Part shown: positions 1-12,796 of the stretch, one piece after another
Layout: each line of letters begins with the position of its first letter
How positions within the stretch are numbered: the first letter of the stretch is position 1
Assembly: GCA_964016885.1 (NCBI GenBank)
Contig: OZ024740.1
Coordinates: forward strand, 285,820,001-285,884,000
Length of the DNA stretch: 64,000 bases
Source: Eledone cirrhosa
Lineage: Eukaryota
Direction: 5' to 3'
Translations under genes and position numbers: made by a program
The notes under the pieces: model-generated
Database searches by the model: none
Seen by the model: the letters and a program-made list of their open reading frames with translations, nothing else
Told to the model about the DNA's origin: nothing

Positions 1-225
1 AAAGAGAGAGGAATGTTGTATAACTGGAAGTGTTGACATTTGAAAATTTTAAAGAAGTGAATATTTAAATAAACGATAAAATATCTTTAATCTTCTAACG
101 AAATTTAGAAGACAAAAATACCCTCACTTTCTTGGAAAAGTTATATCTATGGTGCAAATTTGGCCCAGCCGTTTGGCGAAAAGTTTGTTACATATATACG
201 GCTGTCAGCTTTATAATATAGAGGA
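1..225 (-). mobile_element. Helitron-like non-autonomous element fragment (5' end; runs off window)
   Basis: Minus strand begins A|TCCTCTATATTATAAAG, a Helitron-like 5' TC start. Positions ~21-85 are the reverse complement of an internal segment (~20545-20607) of the Helitron at 20399-20879. Confidence 0.4.
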
Positions 226-1213
226 TTAGGTATTTTATTAAATTCCTCCAGTATTAAAAGCCTCCTTTGGTCATGACTGACCATGGGCTTGCACTCTGAA
301 AGTGCCTCTTCAAGGCACAAGACTGGGCAAGGATATTTGTGGAAGACCAGCAGTTGCCCATGCATGCTAATCTCCTCTCCACACCACTGATGTTTTTCAA
401 AGAAAAAGCAAAAGCTAATACAACTTGGCACAAATGATTTTGCAATGAATATTCTCCATCTGAGTGAACTGGAACAACATAAGATGAAGTATTGTGTTCA
501 AGGATATGATGCACTATCTTGTCCATGACTTGAACTCTCAACTTTATTATTGCAAGCCTAACACCATAATTACTAAGCCTTCATGATTCTCTGCAAATCT
601 GTGATTATTTTAAAGTTTAAGTGAAACATCAAAATGAGTATTTCTTTGAAAATACTGTTACAAAAGAGTTAATGGCTATTTTTTAAATATTTTATTTCTC
701 AGCTATTTTTAAATGATTTGAGATAGATATCAATTAATAATAAGTAAAGAGAAATAGTCTGGATAAAGTTGTTGTCTGTTCATTTACTCTCTACATAACT
801 GCATTTATCTTTTTCTTAAATCGGATGTAACAATTGTAGCAATTTGTTATAAACTGATAATGTAGTTATTATACTTGTTGTTTTATAGAACATGAATTAC
901 ATAGAGTAAGCTTAAATAATTGTCATATGAATTTGCTGCAATGAGAAGAGAAAGGGAGAGGATATCGGAGAAAAGAGAGAGTAATCAAAAACTGTTGTCA
1001 TGGTGATATCTTGTTACTAATTCTGTGTCATAATTCCCAACAAAGAGTTGAATTGTTAGAGAAGAAAATGTGTGCAGGTCAAGGCTGCCGATACTTTGAG
1101 AAAAGAGGCTTTCATTAAACAGCAGGTAAAAGAACAATTTCTTGTCATTTGAAATAGCTGGTGAATTTCATTGGAATATAATAATAATAGTTTCTTTATT
1201 AGCCATAATAATA

Positions 1214-1737
1214 ATAATTGTTTCTACTTTTGGCACAAGGCCAGCAATTACCAAGTACATTACTGGTACTTTATTTTATTGAAAGGCAAAGTTAACCTCG
1301 GCAGGATTTGAACTCAGATTGGAAAGGGCCGTAACTATGCGTCAAAGCATGGCGTCCGACCTTCTACCGATACTGCCAATCCACCGCCCTAATAATAATA
1401 ATAATAGTTTCTACTTTTGGCACAAGGCCAGCAATTACCCCAGTGCATTACTGGTACTTTATTTTATCGACCCCGTAAGGATGAAAGGCAAAGTTAACCT
1501 CAGCAGGATAATAATAATAATAATAATAATAGTTTCTTATTTAGGCACAAGGCCAGCAATTTGGGGGAGGGGAAAGTCGATTAAATCAACCCTAGTACAT
1601 TACTGGTATTTTATTTTATCGACCTTCTAAGGATGAAAGGCAAAACTAACCTAGGCAGGATTTGTTCTCAGAACATACAGCTCTGTTGTAAAGCATGTTG
1701 TCTAATGCTCTACTGATACTGCCAATCCACCACCCTA
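1214..1737 (-). mobile_element. Cluster of three tandem tRNA-derived SINE copies (Meta-domain-like family) with (TAA)n tails
   Basis: Repeated reverse complement of the SINE at 44092-44283: TTTCTACTTTTGGCACAAGGCCAGCAATT...CTGGTACTTTATTTTAT...GAAAGGCAAAGTTAACCTC...GCCAATCCACCGCCC. Confidence 0.8.
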
Positions 1738-1974
1738 ATAATAATAATGATATTAATGATAATGTTTTTCTATTAGCCACATGGGACTAACATTAAGAAA
1801 TCATAAAGGATGGCACAGGACAAAGTGTGGGTTTTTGTGTGTAAAGAAGCTTATAATAAAAACTAAAGAAATAAACATTTGAAAATCAAACAAAAAAAAT
1901 TCCAGAATGGGAAGAAGAACTCTGTGGGTTACTTGTGGAGAAAGCCCACAAAAGCCATGGCCACCCTGACCTCT

Positions 1975-3700
1975 AGCTGTTCTCCAATCTACAGGCATAC
2001 ACCTAGAGTAGGTATATTTATTCAAGCAATGCTCTCACCTACCTTTTGATAAACTAGTTGGAAGGCAACACTTCCCTACCCACACTGATTTTCCCCTTGA
2101 AGTGAAACCTGAGAAACTTAATCAGGGCTTTGCTGTAAAGAAAAGTGCTTGTCTTCAACCATTTCACATGTGTCCACCACCCACCCTCTTTCACCATGGC
2201 CACTAGGCAGATAAAAACTGTTTGTCTTTCCCAGCTAAAGAAAAGTGGTTGGGTGATCTTCACTATGGACTCAGCTGATTGCTGGATCCTTCCTACACGT
2301 GATAGCAGGTGTTTGACATAAACCCACAAGTCAGCATGTTTGAACATTGCCTGTAGAGTTTGTCTCAAACTAACATTGCTCCCCAGTAGCACTGCTAGGC
2401 CAGGGATTTCTGGAAGTTATCCATAGACCTTGGACCAAAAGTCGTTTGGAAAATAGTGGCTAATTGATTTTCGTCAATGTTGAGAGTCCTCCTCCTCCAA
2501 GAATGTCATTGTTTTTACCTACCACCAATCCTCTATAGAATGCCAAGGTGGAGTTTCCACCGATCATGCACCCTGATTGGCAGGGGGCAGCAAGCGTTTG
2601 AAATCATTCCAGTTTCCAAGTGCTCTCTCTTGGTTTTCGCTTGACCCAGGGCTACAGCTCTGTGAAGGCAATGAACTAGGAAACATGTCTAGCAAATGGT
2701 GACCACACCTATTCACCTTCAAAGCAAATCTGGAGATGACGTAACCACAGCACATGTTTGCACATCATTAGCCAGGGCATGCCCAGACCGCCATGCAGTG
2801 AGTCTTGGCAATAAATGGACTACCTGACAAGTGAAACATGTCCCTTCCACAAACAAATGAGAGCAAATGCTTGAGTGCAGTCAGATCGGGACTAAGACAA
2901 GGCACAACAGTCAGACAGTAGTAGTTGATGGATGCGATGCATGACTTTTTAGGGATAGCTTTCTTTCAACCCATCTCTATGTGAGACTGGCCACCCTGCT
3001 CATTACTTTATCCTAGTGTTTGTCCTTCTGAAGGTCTGGACCAAACCAGACCCTGAGCAATTTCACTGGTCTGTCTGTCCTGCACCCGACAATACTGATG
3101 GACAGTATGGATCTGCTTCTCCAGGTGCCCGAGTCATAGGCCCACCAATTTTTCTTAGTTAATTCTCGCTTCTGTTACCACTTTGTACTGCCTGAGGGTG
3201 GTGCTGATCACCTCAGTGTATGACACCTCTATGGTGACATCATTGACATATGCTGACATGGATCTTCTACATCCTCAACCATCTTGATTTGATTTGGATT
3301 ACCCAATGTGGTTTGATCATATTCACATTGGCACATTCAGGAAATCCAGTTGGTACCTGTCGGACAGTTGAAAAGTACTAGCCCTACACAGTCCCAGTTT
3401 GCATCTAAGATACTGTACCAGTCGCTCACTAATTCTAAACAGTAGGACATTTTTAGAAAGGTCTCCAGGCACCTGAAGAAATCAGGTCATCCTGCTCCTG
3501 TCAGAGCATAGACAGCCACCAGCCTGAAAGCATGTCCTTCACTCCTGGCTATGTCCAGCACCACCAACCTTACCTTCTGATTCCAGGAAGATGGTCTGTA
3601 TCATGAAATCCAAACCTTTCTGAAACAACATAGCAACTACACCTCCAGATCCCAAAAATGGGAATGAAGGCTCATGCCTTGAACATTTTTTATTGGCAGC
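1975..3700 (-). mobile_element. Degenerate Tx1/L1-clade LINE ORF2 with large internal deletion
   Basis: Minus-strand translation gives APE endonuclease-like GRLVVLDIARSEGHAFRLVAVYA...FF..LETFL...LVSDWYSILDA (~3380-3575), a decayed YADD motif SAYVNDVT (YVND at 3239-3250) and a Tx1-like C-terminus ADLWVYVKHLLSRVGRIQQSAESIVKI...FLRFHFKGKISVGREVL (ORF 2054-2392). Stops and frameshifts throughout. Confidence 0.75.
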
Positions 3701-3796
3701 TGGCCACTTTTTCTCTCTTTAAGAATATTTTACCCAATTTTCTAAAGCTATTATCATTGTAGCAATTCTGTTTTCAATGTTTTCAAGTAATGATGA

Positions 3797-3975
3797 TTTC
3801 TACTATAGGCACAAGGCCATCAATTTGGGGAGAGGGGGGGGGGGGTCGATTAAATTGACCCAGTGCATTACTGGTACTTTATTTTATTGGCCCCCATAAG
3901 AATGAAAAGCAAAGCTAACCTTGCCTTTCATCCTTACGGGGTTGATAAAATAAAGTACCAGTCATGCACTGGGTT
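3797..3975. mobile_element. Fold-back SINE (minus-strand half joined to plus-strand half of the same family)
   Basis: CAGTGCATTACTGGTACTTTATTTTAT...GCAAAGCTAACCTTGCCTTTCATCC...ATAAAATAAAGTACCAGTCATGCACTGG forms an inverted repeat centred near 3917. Confidence 0.7.
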
Positions 3976-4642
3976 GATAATGTAATGATTTCTTAATAAA
4001 TGAGAAGAATCTCAATTGTATATTCATTAAAATACTGTCTCATTTGAACACAACATTGAGTCAGCTGATCAATAATGTTTTTGAAAATTCACAATCTTCA
4101 GCTATTTGTTTGACCATACTCTTTGTCTTTAAAACTAAGTTTGTGGAATTCAGTTGCAATTCTGGGAAAAATAAAAAAAAAGATTCTTTTATGTAGATTA
4201 GGAAGCCACTAAAATATTCTATTGTATATGTGAGTAGGTATAAGTAAGTGAGAGAGAAAGAGAGAGATTAAGGCCAATCTATTAAAGTATGCTGCAACTC
4301 TTCTTTCTATATTTATAAGTTATCAATTTTCTCAAATATTTAATGATTAATTTGTTTTTCCTGTACAGTTTTTGAAATTGAACTCTTAATACATGAAACT
4401 ACATTAGCAAGACATTCTTCAATTATACAAAGCAACATTACGACAACATAACATTAGAAATTCAAATCTTTACTCTAATACTGCAAATTTTCACAAAGAT
4501 CTGCCTCCTAGTAAGGATACTGTAAACATTTGAATTAACAAACCTGTTTTTAGATATTTTCTGTTAAGAATTGATTAGATTTTATATGTAAATCGTTCAC
4601 AAACACATTAATCTTTTGTGAACTAAGTAGAGTATGTATATG

Positions 4643-4760
4643 TGGAGGCACGTGGCCTAGTGGTAAGGGTGTTGGACTTGCGATCATAATGTTGTGGGTT
4701 CGATTCCTGGGTTGCGTGTTGCGTTCTTGAGCAAAACGCTTCATTTCCCATTGCTCCAGT
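4643..4760 (+). mobile_element. tRNA-derived SINE head (truncated)
   Basis: A box TGGCCTAGTGG and B box GGTTCGATTCC, followed by the SINE core GTTCTTGAGCAAAACGCTT. Related head at 19462-19605. Confidence 0.7.
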
Positions 4761-4894
4761 ATTTGTGTTGTTTAGTATGTGGTTGAAACTTCTATATTGA
4801 TGTGGACGTATGAATAGGATGACTGATACAATAACATCAACAATTGTTTTAAGGTAATTTTCCCTGCTAAAGCAATGGTTAACTTTGACGACCC

Positions 4895-5336
4895 TGTAGC
4901 GGCCCCTTACGGCTGTGACTCAGCACGTATAGGAGTTGCGTCCCTTTGTGACGGGTGCGACTTCAGCAGCAGACTCATGTACTAAACGAAGTTTAGGGGA
5001 CTATATAGTCGAGGACAATCAAGGCATAAGCCACTCTCTCGCATCCTGAACTTCGAAGGGACAAGAAGAACACCTGAGACCTTGTCAAAAGATGACTCGT
5101 GTTTCACTTCCTTCGTACCCAAGAAGAAGAACACTGGCAGCCTAAAGAAACACCTGAACCTTACCAAGAGAAGATTTTCTGTTCTTCTCCACACACTCCA
5201 GTCTGGGAGTTGTGACCACCTGAACATCAACATGTGGTAACAATTATTTATAACAATTTATTGGACTTCTGTGAAGTAAAACCATGTCACAACTCTCACC
5301 TGCATTTATTGTCATTCTTGATAATATTTATATACA
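4895..5336 (+). mobile_element. Possible solo LTR
   Basis: CpG-richer non-coding block bounded by TGTA...TACA, with CTATATA at ~5000 and AGTAAA at ~5275. No clean target-site duplication, and the left boundary could be ~4801. Confidence 0.3.
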
Positions 5337-5708
5337 CTGATACTAATTTCCTAAAACCCCATGGCAGGTTTCATACTCATCACAAGATCCTTTTTTGAGG
5401 CAATGTTTTATGGCCAGATGCTCTTCTTGTGCCAACTCTTTTAGTTGCTTCTTATATCATGCAGGGATACATGTACCTACTCTAAACTGAATGTACGCAG
5501 TAATGAATAGATGACACAAGCCACTGGTTATTGGTTACCAGGACAACTGTTAACCAATGAAAGACCATAAGGGAAATATTTAAGACTTAACATAAATAGT
5601 TAATTTTGTATAAGAAATTAACAATGAATAGTGGATAATTTAAGAGAGGAAGCAATTCTGAAAATCATCCAACTAGTGCCAGTATTATGAAATGTATGTG
5701 AAACTGCT

Positions 5709-5755
5709 GCTACCACCACCACCACCACCACCACCACCACTACTACTGACCACTG

Positions 5756-5819
<64 letters not shown>

Positions 5820-5868
5820 TACTACTACTACTGCCACCACCACCACCACTACTACTACTACTACTACT
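5709..5868. repeat. (CCA)n/(CTA)n compound trinucleotide microsatellite
   Basis: Direct reading; source of the poly-P/T and poly-V ORFs. Confidence 0.95.
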
Positions 5869-6461
5869 GATGGTGGGGATGACAACAATAATACATGCAA
5901 TTTATATTATGGCAATCTTTTCCCTTTTCTGATTATGTTCTTTCATTGAGAGAAAAAGTATATCTGAATATCTATCTACACACTGAAAGGATATCTGAGT
6001 ACTTGATACTCTTCCTGTTGTTATTGTACCTTCTGTAGGATATCTATAATTGGTATTTAGTCTGTATGCTATTATGAGGAGATTTTCTTCCCTTGTCTCT
6101 TAACATTGAGGAATATGTTTTTCTTTTCTTTCTATCTTTAGTGCATGTCATGTGACAATAAGTTCTGGGCTAAGTGAAATTTCTAACTTGCATTACTTCA
6201 TTGCTCTTGGAAAGGTCTTGCAAAAAAGAAAAAAATGATGCTACTATTTTCTGTTTGTCTTATCCTTTAAATGAGTAAATAACAATATGTTTTTAATTCT
6301 TTTACTTGTTCGAATCATTGGACTGTGTTCATGATGGGGTACATTTTTTTAAAAGTACTGTTTTTTTCCCAAACTAAATTACCTGACATAAACCAACAGC
6401 ACCATTTTTTAAAGGAATGTCAACAAAAAATAGATATGTACACGCACACACACACACACAT

Positions 6462-6629
6462 ACACGACAGGCTTCCACACAGTTTCCATCTACTAAATTT
6501 CATTCACAAGGCATTGGTCAATCTGAAGTTGTAGTAGAAGACACTTGCCCATGATAACATGCAGTGACTTTGAACCTTGAAACTACCTGGTTATCAAGTG
6601 AAATTTTTAACCACACAGCTATGCCTGCA
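6462..6629 (-). mobile_element. tRNA-derived CORE-like SINE (second family; other copies ~8930-9060 -, 12820-12990 +, 35750-35866 -, 36085-36200 +)
   Basis: Shared CACAGTTTCCATCTACTAAATTTCATTCACAAGGC...AGAAGACACTTGCCC...AACCACACAGC across copies. Confidence 0.65.
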
Positions 6630-9600
6630 GCATATGTAAGAAATTAATTTCTATGCTCTCTCACTCACTCCCAGGCATACATTAACTTTTCAGTTTCCTG
6701 GGATTTAAAAAAAAAAATAGCTTCTAGTGCTTGTGAATGAATTGAAATAAACCTCAGATTTTGATACAATCCCAAGATTGCAACTGTACTTGTTGAATCT
6801 CATTGGATTGTTGGATTATAACATGGAATTGATATTTATTTCACTTTGTTTTTCATATTCACTTTTGCTTTGGAATTACTGGAGTGGTTGTATTGCCATA
6901 AACACCCCCTTCGGTTTATGGATGGTGGGGGGGGGGGGGGTTGTATCTAAAGACTTTATAGATATGACATTCTTCTAATAAAAGCTGCAGTCTTGTTTGC
7001 ACTGGAAAACCTGACTTGTTTGCAGATATGTCACTAAAATAAAATTCCTCCATGCATGCATCTATTCCAACTACATCATTCTGTCATTCATCCTTTTATA
7101 TTTCTATCCTGTGTTTGACATGTTCAGCAATTCTCATATTTTAAGAATGTCTAAAACTTTCTTTACTCCCTCCTCTCTCTCACACGCACAAGAAAAAATA
7201 CAATTATATGTTATATAATTAGCTATGAATACATGCAGATGTGAAAAAGCCAACAATAAGAAATTAGGCAGGGAGTGAAAGAGAAGAAAAAGAGTATAAT
7301 AATTACCTGGAGGATTAACAAGCAACCAGTCTTCTCTGCAATTATTTGCAGTCATTAATGGTGTCACAACCATACAGAATGTTTTTCAAGTGGATCAGCA
7401 AAGATTTTAACGCTATTTTTGTTAATTACTCTATTAGCTGCTGTCTTCAAAAGTGACAAGTTTCATTTATTGAAAAATTCCTCCTCAAAAGGGAAAGCAA
7501 TCTCTGACATCATCTTAAAAAAAGATGTGGGGGTTAAATCAGCAATAGAAGTTTGCCAAAAGCTACAAATGAGAACAATTGGTGAAGAATAGGTGGAAAA
7601 GAAAAAAAAAATGGCCAACAGAAAACAGGAAATTTTAACTAAAGATAGAGGAGGTGCAAAAGCTTTAATACAGAAAAGGCAGACAACCTAATCAGAAATA
7701 ATGTGTATCATCACCTTTGTACAAAACCGTCTATTGCATTGATTATAAAAGAGTATTATTCCCTGATCATTGAGGAGAGATGATTTTACTAAAGAGTGGG
7801 GAAGATGAGAGAAATGAGAGGTTGTTGTTGTTGTTGTTGTTGTGTTAATTTAGGAAATTTCTTTGGAATTCATAGTTAAATTCAGTGCTCATACAATTTC
7901 AAGAAAGTGTTTTTTTTTATTATCCTCATAATTACTATTTGATTCTAACTTGAAGTTTAAATGGCTATAATATTTGATTATTTGTCTAAATCTCAGATGA
8001 CCTTACCAGACAAAGCAGCTATAAGTTTTAAAATCTAATATTTTATTTAAAAAAAAAAACAAGAAAATTGAAAGCAGAATTTAAACATTTTCTATTTGGT
8101 GACCTTCCAATTAAAAATGGCATCAAAGACGGATTTGTGTTTCATCTGAGATCCAAATGTTTCGTTCAATCATCTATCTACTAGATTAAAGATACATATA
8201 ATTGCAAATAGTTAATAGCTGTGATGTCTGAGACAAGCATTTATCAGGATGCTTATGTTTCTTCATATCTTCTGAATTAGCTTCTTCAAAGAGGACTTTT
8301 TGGCTCTGGTTGTTTAGTATATAGATCTATATATGTATCTTACATCACAAACATTTCTCTACATATTGGTTTCAATTTTATCTATAAACCATAAATGCAT
8401 TTACTTTGCTGTTAAAATATCAAGTGAAGACAAAAAACATATTTCATTTATCTAAAATTGCTAAAAGTCAAATACATATGCAGTAATGACATTCTAAGTA
8501 TTACTTTGAAATAGTACACCCCAGAATTATATTGAGTCTATACTGCTCAAACTATTCAAACTCTCCTTCTAGTCATGTTCTAACTATGACCATTGATGAA
8601 GAACATTATTGAATAGTTGAATTATTTAGCTTGATTAGGGAACTAAAGAAACTGTAATATTTTTCACAAGCTGTTTCTAGGCTTGTAATCTCTCTCTTTT
8701 TTTCTTTTAATGGCTTAGTCAGTGCCCACAACATTTTTTAGGGTCTCTGAGACAGGTGGGAACAAGGAATAAGTTATCTGCAGATTGAAGACCTGGCTAG
8801 AATGCTTGCCGTGGACTAGACCCCACTAAAGGCTCTCAAAGGTTGGTTGGTGATGTTAAACTAGGTAATGGATTAAGTCTACCACTCAAGAACAAGAACT
8901 ATCTCTCCAATGAACTTCCAGGCAAATAGCTTCAGCCTACCAAATTTCACTCACAAAGCTTTGTTAAACTAGGGCTTTGGTTGACTAGGGTTATGGTAGA
9001 AAACACTTGCCTAAGAATCCGTGCAATGGAATCAAATATAAAACCACATAGTTCAGAAGTATGATATGGTCTTGTGTATGTAATATAGTGGGTTGAAAAA
9101 TTCTGGTTAATATGCAATTAGTAGGGAAAAATATTCCCTCTCAGGACTTGTAGAATATCTTGCTATATAAAAATAAAATGTGAGTTGGAAAGACTAAATT
9201 CACCTGAGATGAGATATAAACATCTAATGTGTGTACCCATTAAATCTGTAGATTGCTTGAGATTTCTTTAAGTGCAATATAAGTTTAAAAGAAAAAAATA
9301 GCAACTATGAAAGTCAAACAGTTTTATCAATTTATTTAAGTCTTATTTATTAGATTAGTCAGTATATCTGAGCGATTGAACATTTTCAAACAAAAATTTC
9401 ATCACTGACTTATCTTCTTAATGTCAATCATTTCATTGTTGTGGGATTGGTACCCCTTTACAAGATATATAGACTATAAAGTAATGGTTTTCCCCAAAGG
9501 TACAACACAGTATAATAGAATTTGAATATATGAATGTTAACTTAGGTGTCCAGAATCTTAAATCAGTACTTAATATATCTCTATCTTTACATATTAATGA

Positions 9601-10771
9601 AGATATATTTTCTAGAATACCCAATTAGGCAAACTTCTTGCTGTGAATAATGATTTTCAATCTTAATATTATTCATCATCTATTTATCATTTTAATTGTA
9701 TTCATCTGTATATCTTTTCTTTTGTTATCTTTTATTGAAAACTAAATTTGATCCCCTGAAGCTTAATATTTTTTTAAGTCAAGGAGAGAAAGGCAATGTT
9801 CAAACTTGTTCAAGGCCTTTAGGACTTGTGGAAAGAAGGAAAAAAAGTTGTCCTCAAACTGGAGACCTGGCCCAAAAATTTGCAATAGAGTGGACTCTAC
9901 TAAAGGTACCTAATACTGTGGGTATTAAACCAGGTTATGGAGAATGTCTATCACAGCAGGATTTGAATTAAGAGCATAAAGAGCCAGAGGCATCTCATTT
10001 GATGATCTAATAACTTAACTCCACTAATCCACCACTCTGAACTGGCATCCTATTTTGTTAACCTCAAAAAGGTTGATAGGCAAAATTAACCTCAATAGGA
10101 TTTGAACTCCTGCAAAGAATAAGAAAAATACTGCAAAGCATTTTCTCTTACACTCTAATGACTCTGCCAATTTGCCACTGTGTAACATTAAATTTGACCT
10201 CTTTGAAGCTAAATATAGTTGTGTAACATTACGTTTAAAAAACACATATATATTGCTAGCTTGATTTGAAATTAACCGACACACTATAAAGGCATATGCT
10301 ATTTACTGTATGTTCCATTCTCTAATATGGTATGCATTTCTTCTTAAATACTAACTCTCAACTAGTACCAGCACCACAAAGTAGAAATTTCAGCTCCAGT
10401 GGGCAGCTATTTCTGTTTTTATCGTTGAGCAATTAAAAGTTCAGTGTAGCATTAAACATAACCTTTAATCTGTTGTCTAATTGTAGAACTGGTCAGTAAA
10501 CATCAATACTGTTGATGCAACTTTGCTATCAACAAGGCATAGGGCAATATTTGCTCTCTAGTTATTTAAGCTGGATATCATCATACATAGACAGAATAAT
10601 GCATTATGAAAATTCAGTCATTTTTACTTCTGTCCTTTAGATTTGCTAGACTTGATAAATGCATAATGTATTAGTATCTCTTTTATGAAGTTTATATAAC
10701 TGTTTCTCTTTGTGGAAAATCTGCTTGAAATAAGAACCAGAGAAAGACAAAGTGGAGAGATGATGAATCAT

Positions 10772-10774
<3 letters not shown>

Positions 10775-10846
<72 letters not shown>

Positions 10847-10880
10847 TCTCTCTCTCTCTCTCTCTGCACACACACACACA

Positions 10881-10957
<77 letters not shown>
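10775..10957. repeat. Compound (TA)n(CT)n(CA)n microsatellite
   Basis: Direct reading. Confidence 0.95.
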
Positions 10958-11483
10958 TTATATATATTTACATACATATAAACTTATATGAGATATACAG
11001 GAATTATATCAATGTGAAATTTATCATTGTTTATTAATATTAATTTTCTCATAACCATATCATAACTTAAACATTCGTTTTAATCTTCAGAGTTAAACAT
11101 GAGCAAACAACTGTCTGGGAAATATATTTAAATATAAATCAATTGATACATCACATTGTAAAACAATGGAGACTGCCAAACCATAAGAAACACAATATTT
11201 ATTATACAAAACAATAGATAATTCTGAGCTCTATGTCACACAACCTGAACAGTTAAAAATAGTCACTTCTAAGAAGACAAATAAAATTAGAATTATTGGG
11301 AATTAGAATACCTACCCAAAATGTTCTGAAGCCTTCATGATCACACAAGCCTGGCAATGTGCTTGCCATGTAAGTGGAATTTGGTAGACAAAAACTGCAG
11401 AAACCTGTTGTATATAATAGAAAAATGCATGTAAAATGCTGTTGATTGATGCGTGTGTGTGTGTGTGTGTGAGAGAGAGAGAA

Positions 11484-11514
<31 letters not shown>

Positions 11515-12163
11515 ATGTCAGGTTTTATATCTCGTAACTTAGCAGTTTGACAAAAAGATACCAGTAAAATAAATATCAGACTTGGAAAGAAAAAGTATTG
11601 GGATTGATATGACCAATTTAAGATGATTCTTCAGCATGGTCACAATCTGAAACCAGTAAATGGAATTTAATTTGACTCTCTGCTTTTTTAACAACTAAGT
11701 GTTAGAGTGATATATATATTTTCACTTTTCATTCCAAGTTCAAATTCCACTGAAGTTAACTTTACTTAGCATCCTTTTGGGGGTTCAGTAAATAAAGCAT
11801 TAGTTCAAGGTACTGAAGTGGCAGGGTGACCTGACTGCGGGATTGGATGCTTTGCAGTATTTGTTCCAGCTTATTGAATTCTGAGTTTAAATCCTGATGT
11901 GGCCTGCAAACCACTATGAAAGGGATGGAAGCCCTACCATATACACACACCCATGGTTAATCATAAATAGAGTTAGAGTGATCCATGGGATACAACAACC
12001 TGCTGAGAGCAGAGAATACCTGATGATAATGAATATTGCAAATATTATAAATATGTTAAAATATCTTATAAATAAATATAAAAATATATAAACAAACATG
12101 GAGAGTGGTGAGATGCTGCAAGTGTGGAAAAATGGACATAAAAGCAATGATGATGAAACATTA

Positions 12164-12796
12164 AAATGCTGAGGGGATGAATTCATAGATGTAGGATGCT
12201 CAAACATAGAAAATAACTGCAAGTACAGTGAGTTGCTATAAAATAGCATATAAAAACAGGGTAATGACCCTTATAGATGGAAAAAAAGTTGCCAGCAGTT
12301 GCTATGAGGGATCAAACCTTGTCTCTCAGTTACTGAGTGCTCCCACCATTGAGCTAAAGTATCTCTGACCATCTAAATTAAGGAGATGAATCAAACAGCT
12401 TTTGATAATGTAGCCAAACATCATGTGTAAAGCTCAAACTGTTGAACTTACGAAATGCTGAGGGAATGAATTTATAGTAGCAACTGACTGTATTTGCAGT
12501 TATTTTCTACACAAGAGCATCCTATACCCATAAATTTCAGCATTTCATAAGTTTGGAAATTTAAGCTTCACACATTCTCAAAAGCCGTTTGATTCGGCTC
12601 CTTAAGATGTTGTCAGAGGCCCCTCAGCTCAATGGTGGGAGCACTCAGAGAGAAATGAAGTTCAATCCCTCGTAGTGACTGCTGTAAATTCTTTTTCCAT
12701 CTCTAAAGGTCCTTACCTTATTTTTATATGTATTTATAACAACTGACTGTACTTGCAGTTATTTTCTACACCTGAGCATCCTACACCTTCTATAAA
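12164..12796. mobile_element. Inverted pair of circularly permuted ~260-290 bp units with tRNA-like segment and decayed hammerhead-like motif
   Basis: Left copy 12164-12477 has a terminal direct repeat (AAATGCTGAGGG..ATGAATT.ATAG at 12164 and 12453). Right copy 12478-12796 is the opposite-strand homolog with its own direct repeat (CAACTGACTGTA.TTGCAGTTATTTTCTACAC at 12481 and 12740). Both contain AGCTCAATGGTGGGAGCACTCAG...GTT(C/T)(A/G)ATCCCTC. Confidence 0.7.

Noticed and set aside
4643-4720. tRNA gene
   Set aside because: A and B boxes are present but there is no full cloverleaf, and it continues into a SINE core. The same applies to 12618-12680, 19462 and 46365.
12169-12250. CUGAGGG...GAAA with a 7-bp stem as a hammerhead
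   Set aside because: No stem I partner and no closable stem II; the motif at 12394-12443 fits better.
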